Below are positions 35,940-48,695 of a stretch of 64,000 nucleotides of DNA, piece after piece (positions within the stretch are counted from its first letter, which is position 1; each line of letters starts with the position of its first letter). The stretch lies in the NCBI GenBank assembly GCA_964188305.1, contig OZ076892.1; one strand, given 5' to 3'. Both the position numbers and the translations under genes were made by a program. The DNA is from Podarcis bocagei (Eukaryota). A model generated the notes under the pieces. That model had not been told where the DNA came from. It saw only the letters and a list, made by a program, of their open reading frames with translations, and did not search any database.

Positions 35940-36220
35940 AGATGCTGATGCGGAGGGGATGCAGGCGAGGCGCCTGGCTTTGGTTGCGCAGCCTGCCGGT
36001 TACCAGGAGGCGCTTCCCAGCCAGCCAATCGCCGCCGCGCGGGGCCCCGGTGATTTGCATGCGACCGATTGACGTCGCCCGGGGGCCAATGAGGAGCTCC
36101 GGGGGCGAGTTCCTCTTCCACGAGGACGAAGATGGTGTAAGCTGGCGGAGGTGCCTTTGCTGCTGCTGAGCTGCTGCTGCTGTTGTTCTTGCAGGTGCGG
36201 GGGACTCAACGGGCGGGTGC
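35940..36220 (+). promoter_or_regulatory. Second CpG-rich promoter-like module with a candidate plus-strand first exon (putative KCNAB2 5' end by synteny)
   Basis: CCAAT 36025-36029 and 36086-36090, octamer ATTTGCAT 36053-36060, CRE-like TGACGTCG 36070-36077, donor-like GTAAGC at 36137. No TIR or TSD. Gene identity is inferred only from the mammalian NPHP4-KCNAB2 head-to-head arrangement. Confidence 0.5.
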
Positions 36221-37484
36221 ACTGGGGGTCTGTGCATGGTGAGGGGGGAGGCTGTTTGCAATTGTGGAGAGGAAGGGGGGCGCTCTTAATGCTTTGCAGT
36301 GGGGTCTGTCCGGGAACGATCATTTTGTGCTTCTGGTTTAGTGGAGTCACAGGCGCCCTTGACAGGAAGTTGAGGGTGCTTGGGATTTAGGGTGCCACAC
36401 AAAGAAGCTATTTAGCTGCTGCTTCTTTTTCCTAGTGGGATCAGCGAGTTCTTCTGTGATCCCCTGCTTTGCTTTCTGGCTGTTAGACTTCCAGATCTGT
36501 AAATGCTGCAGGCTGGCAGCACGGTCATTGTTTGCGCGTGTTGTGATCTGCCCCTGAGATCTGTCACCTTCTCCCAAACGCCAGCTGCAGTGCCTCAGCA
36601 CAGAGTCAGCTGGAGGTAATAAAACAGAGAGGAGGGTGGGATCCAGAGCCTGGCTCCTCGGTTTTGCCTCTGGGTGCTAGGTTTTCGTAACTTGCATTTT
36701 CTTTTTCGAAAATGCCTGAAGAAGCTCAGCGATTGCTTTCCCCTTCCGATCGCCCAAAGGGAGTGCGATGGTGGGTGGGTGGGCGACCTGTTTGTCTCTT
36801 GTAGGAAGCCGAATGCAATTCTGCAATACCTTTGTAGGGGCGCGGCATCTCAGAGGCTTGTAACCTGACCTCTTTAGGATTCCTGGTGGCTAAATGGGGT
36901 GACGGCTGCCTGGCTGGGTTTTTTTGTTTCTTAGGGTTTTCTTTTTTAAAGGATTTTAAAGAAAGAGAGAGATTGCTACTGGGTGACTTGCTTGAGCTCA
37001 GCCCAAATAACAGCAACCAGATTTGATTTACCTCTAGAGAGAAGAAATGTTGGAAGTGGCCACAGCATTATTTCCTAAAACATGTTTTTGTGTATTGCCA
37101 TCCAGCATTGCTCTCAAATGCCTTTGTTCCATCTGGTTGGCCTCCAAAGGAGTACAGCAGCTATTGCCAAGCTGGTGCCCTCCTGATGTTTTGGACTACA
37201 ATGGCCATCAGCCATCCACCACAGCTGGAGTGTAGTCCAAAACTTCTGAGGGATTGCCAGGTATTGATTTACTTGTTTAACAAATTTATAAACAGCCTCC
37301 CAAAGAGGTGTACAAAATAACAAAAAGGATAAAACGTAAGGCCAGGTTACTAAGTGCAGTAAGATAATTTCTACAAAAGTCTAGAAACAATAAAACTGTA
37401 CCTTACAAATTCTAGGAAGCATAAAACCATATCTGCAAATATGTAATCAATAGTTCATAAGTGACTGGGTCACCCACCAGGGAA

Positions 37485-37870
37485 AGCTTTCCTGAATAAA
37501 AATGTCTTTAAGGTGCCGAGACATCATGGTGCTCAGCAATGGCCTTAATTTCATCTGGTTATTGATTCCAGAGGGCTAGGACTGCAACGCTAAAAACCCA
37601 GTTTCTAGTGCAAGCTAAGCACACCACCCCTGAAGTATGACCTACTCTCAGCAGTGCCCCATTGATGGAGTGCAGATGCCAGGCATAGATATGTAGGGCG
37701 AGGTGCTCCCTTGGGTAACCTGGCCCCAAGCTGTTTAGTGCTTTAAATGCTAAAAGCAAAACCTTTTAGCATTTAGTGCCCAGTGGCATATTGGCAGCTC
37801 CCTCAAAAGAGGTGCTATAGGGTGTCAGCAGGATAACCCAATCAACAACCTTGGTTGGTGAAAGCTGAGA
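37485..37870 (-). mobile_element. Degenerate L2 LINE fragment
   Basis: Peptide LLAFKALNSLGPGYPREHL...VFSVAVLALWNQ. Confidence 0.7.
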
Positions 37871-40407
37871 TACGGAATGGATCAGAGTGGATCAGACTTG
37901 GCAGGGAAGTATTAGTTCATAAAGAGAGTGTGTGGCGGTGTTTCATAACGCCTTTGGAAGGTAGTGTGTCTTAGATGCCAGGAGAGAAAATGCAACATGT
38001 CCGCAGAGGGTCTTGGATATATTCGAAATTAAAATGCCAGACCTCCTAAAGATGGTATACAGTATAGGTTTAAGAGTACGTATTGTGGTTACTTCTTTTA
38101 AATACAACATTGGGTCCCTGCCAATTCTATAATAACTCGAGAGGTGCTCTCCAGGATATACCTCTGTGCATGAATGTAGAGAGTCTGGCAGCTTTCAGGA
38201 GGATTCAGAAATTTGAAGGTGGCTGAGCGAGAAGTCCAGTGGCCCTTCTGAGGCTTGCCCATTGATTGTAGCTTCCATGAGCTCTCTCACAGAAGCTTCA
38301 GCCACGGTGAGCCTGTTCTTTTTGCTGCTTCAGCCATCTGCTATTGTGCACTGCCTCTCCCCAACCCATCTTGGTAACTCACATCATAGGAAGTTGCCTT
38401 ATAGTCAGACCACTATCTCCATCAGTATTGTCTACACTCACTGGCAGCAATGGCTGTCCAGGGTTTCAGGCAAGAAGTCTCTCCCAGCCCTTCCCGCAGG
38501 TGCCATTGGGGATTGAACCTGGGACTTTTTGCATGCAAAGCAGACTCTCTACTACTGAGCTACGGCCCTTTCCCAACATGGGGAAGATGTAAGCAGAGGA
38601 GCATTTCTGGAGCAGTGCAAGAAGCAACCAAGGGGAATCTGGCTAGGCCTGCAACAACTAAGTTGTTTTTGTTTGTTTTTAAGGCATCATAATAGTTATC
38701 CTATTTCTTTATATTTATTTGCTTGTTTATATCCCACCCTTCCTTCCCAAGGACCCCAGGGCGACAAACAGATATACAATGTAAAAAGCAAAACGAAAGC
38801 TTTCTAAAACAGATCAAAACATTCTAAAAACAATTAAACTTTGAAACATCTGAAAGCAGTTACAGTTAAAAGCATTCTAAGAGCAATTTCAATTAGAAGC
38901 ATTGTTTTGTCCTATGATCACAGGGTTGCCTGGAACGATATATGATTCTGTGGTATTTCTTCGGCCACCAAATGCCTGGCTAATAATGAAAAGATAGTAC
39001 AGTAGTGATGGAGCCAGGTGCGCCTCACCAGGGAGGATATTCTACAGACGAGGAATCACCACTGAAAAGGCGCTGCCATGGGTCAGTGCCAACCAGGCAG
39101 GCCCTGGTGGCAGTACCACCAAGAAGACTTAACCTGCTGATTGTAGGGTCTGCCATCCCCTTGCCACACGAGCGTCCTTCAATGTGTGTGATGCCTCTCA
39201 GCATGCCATAAACAAATCCGGTCCCTGCCCCAAAGACCTTACCGTCACTATTTCAACAGCTGGATCAGACCAAAGGCTCATCCAGCCCTTAATGTCCTGT
39301 TCTCACAGTGGTAAGCCAGATGCCTCAATGGGAAGCCCACATGCTGGTTACAAGTTCAACAGCACTCCTCACTAACTGGTACCTTCTCTGATACTGGAGG
39401 CTACATGCAGCCATTGTGATTAGTATCACTGACAGCCTTATCCTCCTTGGTGTGTTTATCTAATCCCCTTTTAAAGCTGTCTCAGTTGGAGGCCATCATT
39501 ATCACTTGTGCTAGGAAATTCCATAATTTAATTACATATGATGTGAAGAAGACCTTCCTTTTTCCCGTCCTGAATCTTCAGATATTCAGCTTCATTTGGA
39601 TGTCCCCAGCACCTAGTACTGATATAAAGGGAGAAGTTTATCTCTGTCTGCTTTCTCCTACAGATTATTTTGTACATGCCCCTCTACTTTTTCTGACCAG
39701 AGTGTTGTAATCTTTCCTCATAGAGGAATTGCTCTGTACAGACAGGGGGTGAAAACGAGCGTTAGGCTGCAGGGCTGCTTGGGTACATATTCAACCTCAT
39801 GTCTGAAGGCAAAATAACCCAATCTAGAGAGCAGCTCTAGGCAGGTTTGTAAACCACCACCTGCCTAATCGCCTATGGTGAGTTAACAAGTGCCCCCAGG
39901 CAACCATGTTTTTCTTTTTAAAAATAAAACCTTTAAAACCAGCCATTCATGCTAATAAAAATACTTGTGAGCAGGTGGGTGAGTCATCGTTTTACTTTGC
40001 ATGTTCTGTGCCATGAAAACTGAATCACAAAGATGTTGCTGTGCATAGAAATATTTGCCAAGAGGCTCCTTCTCCTCCATCCCCATAATCTGTGCTTTCT
40101 GGCTTTCTTTGCCCATAACCCCTTCCTGAAAACTACAAGGCTGAGTTCCCCCACCCACCTCATTCTTACTCAACTTCCTGCCTAACATACCAAGCTTTTC
40201 ACCTCCTCCCCTACTCTGACTTCAGCAACCTCCAACGTTGCATGGCAGGAAGCGGCTGGTTTTGCGTTTTCTGGTTGGCACCGCCTGTGTCAGTTGGATG
40301 CTGCTGCTGCCACTGTCACATCAGTGTGCACTCTTGGGGGATCACTTGAATAATTTAGGAATGTGTGTCATGCAAGAGGAGGTGATAATGGTGGTGGAAT
40401 TTACCGT

Positions 40408-40552
40408 GATCATAAAATGTAGAGTTGGAAGGGACCACAGGGGCCATTTGGCCCAACGCCCTGCAATGCAGGAATATTTTGCCCAGCATGGGGCTCAAAC
40501 CCATGACTCTGAGATTAAGAGTCTCGTGCTCTACTGATTGAGCTATCCATGC
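40408..40552 (-). mobile_element. tRNA-Lys(CTT)-headed SINE with a CR1-derived tail
   Basis: Minus-strand GCATGGATAGCTCAATCAGTAGAGCACGAGACTCTTAATCTCAGAGTCATGGGTTTGAGCCCCATGCTGGGC (40481-40552) resembles vertebrate tRNA-Lys-CTT and is followed by cctgcattgcaggg...ggtcccttccaactcta (CR1 3' end). Confidence 0.75.
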
Positions 40553-41958
40553 ATGCCCCAAAAGAGGAAGAATGCCAAGGACAGGAGCTCCTGGAATGTT
40601 AAGGTGTTGCATTTACAGTTTTAAAAGATGCATTGGCTTGGCTAATTTCTATTAAGCAATGCAGTGTTGGCCAGTCTTGATGCAACGATGCCTGCTGTTT
40701 CCTGAATTAAAAGGGGAAGCACCCCTTACTTCTGCACCCTTGAAGGTTTTGCTTTGAGAGAGAGAGAAATACCCAACCTCACAGGAGCCTGCCTCCTGTT
40801 TTTTTGCACGAGTCACTGATCTGGAAATGCCTCTTGGCTAGAAGCAAGCAAGCCCAGAGCGGTGACTCGTGCAGAGAGGAAGCAGGCACACACACACCCG
40901 TGAGGGTGGATAATTCTGCTGCATCTCTGCATCAGGGGAATAGCTGGATCATTCAGTCACATGTCCTGCAGAAGAGAAGCAGATTCATCCTCACCCCCAG
41001 CATGGGGGCAAAGGAAGAGTTGCAGCCTGAGTAGTAAACCATGCAGAGATGTGGATGGAGCATATGACAGCTTTGGACTTATGTGAGCCTTTAATAATTT
41101 AATTTGTTTCTCTTAGCCTGCTATGTTCCAGCATGCAATTGGGGGTATTAATGAATACATTTTTCTCTTTTTTTTAACGGAGCGACAGAACTTGAGTGTT
41201 CTCCCATAACAATGAGCGGATAGCTGAAATACTGAGAATTGTATAGGACAGAGATGAGCAGATGGCCACTCACTTAGGTTCATTAATTTCCACGAGTCTT
41301 CTCTCAATAGGACTTAGCTGGATGCAAGCCTTATTTCGCTTAGATGGCACAAGACTGTTTGGGTTGTATCAACTAATCTTTATTCAGAGCGAATCTATAG
41401 AAATCAAGGGACCTGGGTTAATCATGTTCATGAATTTCAGTGGATCTACTCTGAGTAGGACAGTCCTTTGGATACAGTCCTTTGTGGGTTTTGCTGTAAC
41501 AGGCTAACATGGCTAGCCTGTGACACCATCTTTTTTTTAATTAAAATAAATAACTGCCAGAAGGTTGGACTGGATGAGGCTTTGGGTCCCTTCCATCTCT
41601 ACAATTCTATGGTTCTATGAAATATTTTTTTAAAAAAATAGAAAAGAGACAGGATATTGCATAAGCATTCTTAGTTCATAGGCTGAAAGCTCCTTGCCTC
41701 AGATCTTGAAGAGTTAGGTGATGCATTTAAAGCACATTCATACCACTTCAGCAGTCCAAAGAACTGTAACAGACTACAATCCCCAGCACCCTTAGCAAAC
41801 TTCAGTTCCCAGGATTCTTTGAGGGGGGAGCCATGATTGTGTGCAAGAGTGTTGCAAGAGTGTTTGACATGTAGGGTGTAGGTGGTCCCCTACCTGCCAG
41901 TCAAAACAGACAGTATTGGGGAGGATGGGCCAATGGTTTGACTTGATGCCAAGGAGTG

Positions 41959-42008
41959 TGTTTGTTTGTTTGTTTGTTTGTTTGTTTGTTTGTTTGTTTG
42001 TTTGTTTG
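41959..42008 (+). repeat. (TTTG)n microsatellite
   Basis: Direct observation. Confidence 0.95.
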
Positions 42009-42939
42009 GAATTAACTCTGCTCACTCCTGTGCTGGATTCTGTTTCTTGGTCATGCAGTGATGTGATGTAACCTAAAGAACTGCTCTGCCCTTTGTGCTG
42101 CCGGTTGTGTTTTCCTGTCGTTAATTTGCAAGTGGCTTTGACTTTGCTGCGGATTGAGAAAAGCTGAGTATCATCTACTAAAATAGCAAATAAGGAAATC
42201 TAAAATACCAAATAAGTAAATAAATAAAACTGTTTTTCAGGGAAGGGGTGCTCTGGTGCAGAGTCCAGTGCAACATGGCCTAAATCAGCTCCTTGCAATA
42301 TCTTTTCTTGCACGCATTTCAAAGGCGAGACATAGCAAGGAAGGTGATTTGAGGTCCTGCATGAGCTGAAACCCAGAACCAGATGCCGGACAGAAAGCCT
42401 TTGGCATGGCCAAGTTGGAAGGTTTGTCTCTGGCATCAGATGTTTAGTGTCTGTTTTGCTTGTGAATATGGAAATTACGCTTGATTATAACGTCTAATGG
42501 GTAAGGATACACCCATCCCCTGAGGTTTTTATTTTATCATAATCATTTATAGGCAACATATATACATAATTATGTTTTGAATGGGATTGCTTCAGTGGTG
42601 TGTTTGCTGCCTTGGGCTCCATTGCAGGAAGGGTGGGATGTAAATAGACTAAATAACATATCATTTTCAACAATTATTAAGCATACTTTTATATCTTATA
42701 CAATTTTTTTGACTTCCATCAATCACATCTGAAAATTTTCTAATCTTTTCCACTTAATTTACATTTCTTACTTTCACTATTACATTTAAATATCATAACT
42801 AATATCTCTCTTCTTTCTCTTCTTTGCAATATTTCATATATTCCTCCTTACAAAACTTCTTGTAATCCTACTAGCGTAATTTGTTGAAACAAACAAGCAA
42901 ATCTAAGCTAGTAGCTATTATGTCATGTGGCAGTGAGTT

Positions 42940-43331
42940 GTTGTTGATATCTATCTGTCTCAAGAGACAATGGAGTGCTCTTCCAGCAGTCAGGTCAAAC
43001 CACTGTCTTAGCAGCACCAAGGTGAAATCCCTTGGGCGCAAGTCTAGGCAATGTGTATGGAGGTCCTGGGCTGCCCAGATGACAACCCCCCCCCCTCTTG
43101 GCCTCATTGATGTGGTCCAAACGAGAGCCAAGCAATATATCTGGGTGCCAGCTTGGCTGCAGGAGTTGCCGGAAGGAGGCGTACAAGGCGCCATCCAACC
43201 CTCTTAGGGACTCCACTCTGGATTTGTGTAGGCTTCATCCCATAGCTTTTTCTTCTCCCAAAGATGTTCCACAAGGCAGCGGAGGTTTAGGATCAGAGTT
43301 TTCCTTCTCCTAGATGGGCTTACCTTCCCAG
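42940..43331 (-). mobile_element. Bipartite non-autonomous RTE-derived element
   Basis: The 3' end ctccattgtctcttgagacagatagat+(CAA)n matches the RTE tail at 26605-26632. The 5' part contains AGGAGAAGGAAAACTCTGATCC (RTE 5' UTR-like). Possible TSD gtgagtt at 42933-42939 and 43332-43338. Confidence 0.65.
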
Positions 43332-45913
43332 GTGAGTTCATAAGTTAATTACACCTTGCAGGAAGAAGGTCTTACATTTATCCATCTTGGCTCTACTGCC
43401 ATTCAGTTTCATTTGGCAACCATGGGTTTTACTCCCAAGTCAGCCTCACCACACCTTTTTTAAAAAACCAAAAACATTATTTAACCCCTTCGAGTCCATT
43501 TGCATGGGTGCAGAATCTCTCCCATCTAATCCTGCCTAGTGTCTTAGCAAGCTATGTCTCTATAACTGCCACCACCAATGCCATCTTATTGCCTGTGTGC
43601 AGGGGAGGGGACACCCTCCTTTCTCCCCCACCCCTTATCAGTTGGAGAAATGCAGAGTAGGCAAAGGGTTGTGGAAAGGAAGAGAGCTCTTTCACCCTCA
43701 GAACTGGCAAATTATCCGAGGTTCTGGTGTTTGGCAAAGACGTGAGCACTTTTGAAGGCTTTTGTCTCTGGGCGACAGCAGCCGGCCGGCTGCCTCCGTG
43801 AAGAAGTGCTTGAGTCACTGTGAACTCACTGAAAGATTTCCCCGCAGGCAAGGACACTCTCTCTCTCCCCGGCTGAGCAAATTAAAGGACCGTGGTGCCT
43901 CTGATTAAATATATATTTCAAGAAATGAATAGCTGAAAAGGCTGGCAGCTGGCTGTCAGGCAGCATAAGAATGAGAGGCTCCCGTAGCCTTTGAGCAGCA
44001 CAGAGGGCGTCCTCCGAGATCCTCTGCCAAACCTGAGGAATGAGGTTTTCCAGCATGGGACTCCTGGGGTGAAAGGGCTGGAGACCCTGAGCAGCAGGCG
44101 AAATGCAATTGCAAAGGCAGTCGGGGAAGGTCCAATGCTCAGTTGTGCTTTGCATGCAGAACATCCTCAACCTCTCCAAATAAAGACCTCTGCCCAAGAC
44201 TCTAGAGAGCTGCTACCAGTGTAAACAACAGGCCCGATTCAGCTGGTTGTTCTTAGGTTCTCTACTTAGCCATGGGGAACCTGGGGCCCTCCACATGCCA
44301 TTGGACCGCCACTCCCATCATCTCCAACAACTGGGTATCCCCTGCCATCTTAATAAATCAGAAAGGGGGGTGGGGAATGAGCTGGATTAGCTTTTCAGCT
44401 GCAGAGATCTTCGGCAATGCCAGGGATTGAATCTAGGCCTTCTTGAATGCGAAACAGGTGACATCGTGGGCCAATAAGGCTTTTCTCCAGGCTTTGGGTA
44501 CCAGGTTTCATGAAACATGAAAAGAGCTCCCGCGGTTCAGTTGATTGCGTTGATTCAGGAAACTCTGACTCGGCAGAGCTTGCAGCTGGGCAGCAGAGAT
44601 ATTTCTGAGATGGAGAGCCCTGGGAATGCTGACTGCGATGGGTGTGTGCTTTCCAGGTACCTGGGTGGGCTGCTTGGCAGAGTGTTATTGGGATGCATCA
44701 GCATTGATGGATCGAGTACATCAATGTACCTATGGATATCTGCTAGGGAGGCAGGGAAAGAGAGGGAGCGAGGGCTTCTGCGTCTGGCAAAGAAGAGTCC
44801 TTAGAATCTTGGATAATTTATCTCCCCCACCACCACCACCATAGAGAACTAGCACAGCTTCTGCCTTGCAAGCAGAAGGTCCTTGGTTCAGTCCCCAATG
44901 ACATATCCAGGTAGGGTTGGGAGAGACTCTTGCTTAAAATCCTGCCAGGCATTGTAGTCTATGATGAGCTCAATGGACCAGTGGTTTGACTCAGTATAAG
45001 GCCGCTTCCTATGTTCCACCCTTAGGGATGTGGGAGAGACTTAAGTTTTGTTCACATTTAAATGAAGACGTACCTAAATCACAGTTGAGGAAACAAGAGA
45101 TGGATTAGAACGCAGCCGTTCTTCGAAATTTACACTTTGCAAATCAGTTCTCCAACTTATGTGCATGCTAGGGGGAAGTGTGTCTAAAAATCCACACATT
45201 AGTAAGAAAAGAATGTACAAAACTGTGTAGGGGAAGTTGATTGGGGGAAAATGTGATTATTTGCCAAAGAATGCTTACCAAAATGCACACTAAAATCCTG
45301 ATGAGTAAAGTATGTGGGTGCATAAATCTCTCTTTTCCTTTCCTTCCTCCCTGTGGAGTTTTCTGTCTCTGACATTTTGAAAGCTGTTGCTCATTTTGAG
45401 TCCAATGCCTAGATCTCCTCTATGCCAGTTTTGCTGGCACCAGACCTCTCTTTCTGTTATGAGTGAATTTGTTTAATTAGGAATAACTTGGGCATGTTTG
45501 TAGACTGAGATAATGACTTTAAAAAAATCAGTTAACTGCTTAGGTTTTCAGGGACTTATTTGACCTGTCATTTTTATTCATTGCTGTTGCTATTATATTT
45601 AGCATTTATTGTACTGCAGGGACAGACAACCTGCTCTTCTCCAGATGTTGGATTCCAGTTCCAGTCAGCTCCAGCTGTACAGGGTAATGGAACTACAGTC
45701 CATCAACATCTGGAGAGGACTAGGTGGCTGCCCATCATCCAGTGCTTTAGCATGCTCACATAAAATTATCAAAATAAAACTTAATAACAATCCTGTAAGG
45801 GAGACTAATGCTGTTGTCCTGTTTTACATTGCAGTGGGGTGGCAGTTCTCATAACAGTGTCAAGATTCAAACCAGGGACTTGTGATTGCATTTAAATCAG
45901 TATTTCCCAAACT

Positions 45914-46241
45914 TAAAGGTAAAGGGACCCCTGACCATTAGGTTCAGGCGTGGCTGACTCTGGGCTTGCGGCGCTCATCTCGCTCTATAGGCTGAGGGAG
46001 CCTGCGTACAGCTTCTGGGTCATGTGGCCAGCAGGACTAAGCCGGTTCTGGCGAACCAGAGCAGCACACGGAAACGCCGTTTACCTTCCCGCCAGAGCGG
46101 TACCTATTTATCTACTTGCACTTTGACGTGCTTTCGAACTGCTAGGTTGGCAGGAGCAGGGACCGAGCAACGGGAGCTCACCCCGTCACAGGGATTTGAA
46201 CTGCTGACCTTCTGATTGGCAAGTCCTAGGCTCTGTGGTTT
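45914..46241 (-). mobile_element. Sauria-type SINE, 5'-truncated
   Basis: Same body; lacks the first about 20 nt of the head. Confidence 0.9.
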
Positions 46242-46320
46242 GGGTTTGAGGTTGGTTCAGATCTAGAAAGGTTAAGGAGTACTGGGGTATACAGCACAGA
46301 CCTAAATGGACCACTGGTCT

Positions 46321-46505
46321 CAGAGGTGCCAACTTGAATAAAATATGGGAGGGCAGATAAGCCCCACCCCGCATAATCCGTCACATGACACAGTGCATGC
46401 ACACCATTTGAATGGCAATGCCCATTAACTTTGAGGGGGCCCAGCCCCCTTCATATATTTTATGGGGGGGGGAGGTGTTGAAGCCCCTAAGAGTTGGCTC
46501 CTCTG
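46321..46505. mobile_element. Short MITE (hAT-like TIRs)
   Basis: CAGAGGTGCCAACT ... AGTTGGCTCCTCTG; no clear TSD. Confidence 0.55.
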
Positions 46506-48150
46506 AATGGCTTTACTGGGCGTCATGGGCTCCCTATCTGATCTGCCCTGAGATGAAAGCCAGAAAATAAATCTTGTAAATAAAATTAACAAACAGTCTG
46601 ATAAGTGAGATGAGATACTGGGGATTTGGGGTGGAAATGTCTCGGTTCATCTTGGGAATCGTGATACGGAGAAATGGGAAAGCTGAGTGTAGTCAGCTGT
46701 GTACCCAGGAAAGCTGATTTCAGCAAATTTAAAGAAATACTGGGTCAGATCCCATGGGTGGAATTACTCAAAGGGAGGGAGTCAGAGATGGGTGTGAGTT
46801 TCTTTGAAGGCACAATTGCAAAGCTTTCCAACGCACAAAAAATAGGGAGGCAGCTAAATTGTTTTTTGGGGGGGGTACGTGCCCCTCCAAATAATGTTGG
46901 ACTCCAGCTCCCATTGTCCCTGATCACTGTTGGGAGTTTGAGTCCAACAACAAATGGAGAACCTGAATTAAATTAATTAAATACAGAGCATTTTCTTCAC
47001 TGGATGCCATTGCCATTCTAAAAGAACAAAGCAAAAGTTTGTGGTGAGTTCTGGCACCTCTTATTCTAGAAAAAAATAGCACTGCAGGTAACTAACATAA
47101 GGAGAGCAAAGGAACCTGAATTATACTAGGTCGGGACGTTGGTCCATCTTGGTCAGTATTGTCTACTCTGAGTTTTATCACTTCTCCAGAGTCTCAAGCA
47201 GAGAAGCACCTTTCCCATCATGAAATGGCTTTTAATGGGAAGTGCCGGATGTTGAACTTGGAACCTTCCGCATGCAAAACTGATGCTCTCATTAGAATAT
47301 ATGAAGACTGCTGGATCAGGCCAGTGGCCCACCTAGCCCAGTGCCCTGTTCCCACAGTAGCCACCCTGTGGGAAACTCTAGCAGGACCCGAGCAATAGAG
47401 CACTTCCCTGCCAGCAGTTGAGCTAGGAACCCCCCCACCCCACCCCTACGAGCTCACCTGATCAAATAATTGCAGTGGCTGTGCCCCTTAAAAGGCAGCG
47501 GGTGACTGTGTGTGTGTGTGCGTGCGTGCGTGCGGCTGTGTGAGAATGCCAAATGTTCCCTGGCTCCAGAGTCGCCAGGGGCCTGTCCGCTGAGTCATCC
47601 AGGTGCCAAAGTCCCTGCTGAAGCATAATGGGAAATTCTTGCTGAGTTGCTGCGTTTGGTGCTGATTGGGAGCAGAGCAAAAAGCTCTGCTGGAGCAGCT
47701 CAGCTGGTGCAATTTGCTAGTGCAGAACAGGAAGAATTGGCCTTGCAGCATTAATGCTCCGGTTATCAGCACGCTCAGGGGTGGGGGTGGGGAGCTTCTG
47801 CACTTTACGCTTCCCAAAGTAGTGTAAGTCTCTTCTCTCCCCCCCCCACCTACCAGGTAAAAAGTAGCACAGCCATGTTTGGCAGATGGACAGTAAGAAT
47901 ATAAGAAGAGCCTACTGGGTCAGGCCAAAGGGGGCCTATCTAGTCCTGCTTCCTCTTCTCACAGTAGCTGACCAGATGCCTCAATGGGAAACCCACAAGC
48001 AGAACCTGAGAGCCAGAACACTCTCCCTGTGTCTTCCAGCAAATGTTATTCAGAAGCAGGTCTTGCCCACCCATGAGGCAAGGTGAGGTGACTGCCTCAG
48101 GCAGCAGAATCCACAGAGGCAGCAGATCTGGCCTCCAAGAAATGCATCGT

Positions 48151-48221
<71 letters not shown>
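48151..48221 (+). repeat. Compound (ATG)n(ATA)n microsatellite at an L2 tail
   Basis: Direct observation. Confidence 0.95.
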
Positions 48222-48695
48222 TTATTTATATCCCACCCTCCCCAGCCGAAGCCGGGTTCAGAGCGGCTAACAACAATAAAAGTAACACAGCATTCTAAAA
48301 TCAATTCATTCTAAAATCAATTCAAAATCAAATTAATGGCAACCATTGGGCTAGAGTTCTGTGAGGATTACCAAAGGAGGGGGTCAGACTGTGCCCTAGC
48401 CAAAGGCCTGGTGGAACAGTTCTGTCTTGCAGGCCCTGCGGAAAGATGTCAAGTCCCGCAAGGCCCTAGTCTCTTGTGACAGACCGTTCCACCAGATCGG
48501 GGCCACAGCCAAAAAAGCCCTGGCTCTGGTTGAGGCCAGCCTAACCTCCCTGTGTCCCGGGACCTCCAAGATGTTTTTGTTTGAAGACCGTAAGGTCCTC
48601 CGTGGGACATACCAGGAGAGGTGGTCCCGTAGGTACGTGGGTCCTAGGCCGTATAGGGCTTTAAAGGTTAAAACCAGCACCTTAAACCTGATCCT
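48220..48695 (-). mobile_element. L2 LINE 3' fragment (shorter sibling copies at about 19935-20250 and 13255-13350)
   Basis: Peptide LVLTFKALYGLGPTYLRDHL...RAFLAVAPIWWNGL...FRRACKTELF; the 3' UTR is near-identical between copies. Confidence 0.88.

Noticed and set aside
40481-40552. Functional tRNA-Lys(CTT) gene
   Set aside because: The acceptor stem is mismatched, the T-loop reads GTTTGAG instead of GTTCGAG, and it is fused to a CR1 tail.
44517-44844. Plus-strand ORFs of 95 and 72 aa with a splice-like ttccag|gtacct
   Set aside because: No recognisable protein similarity and no consistent exon boundaries.
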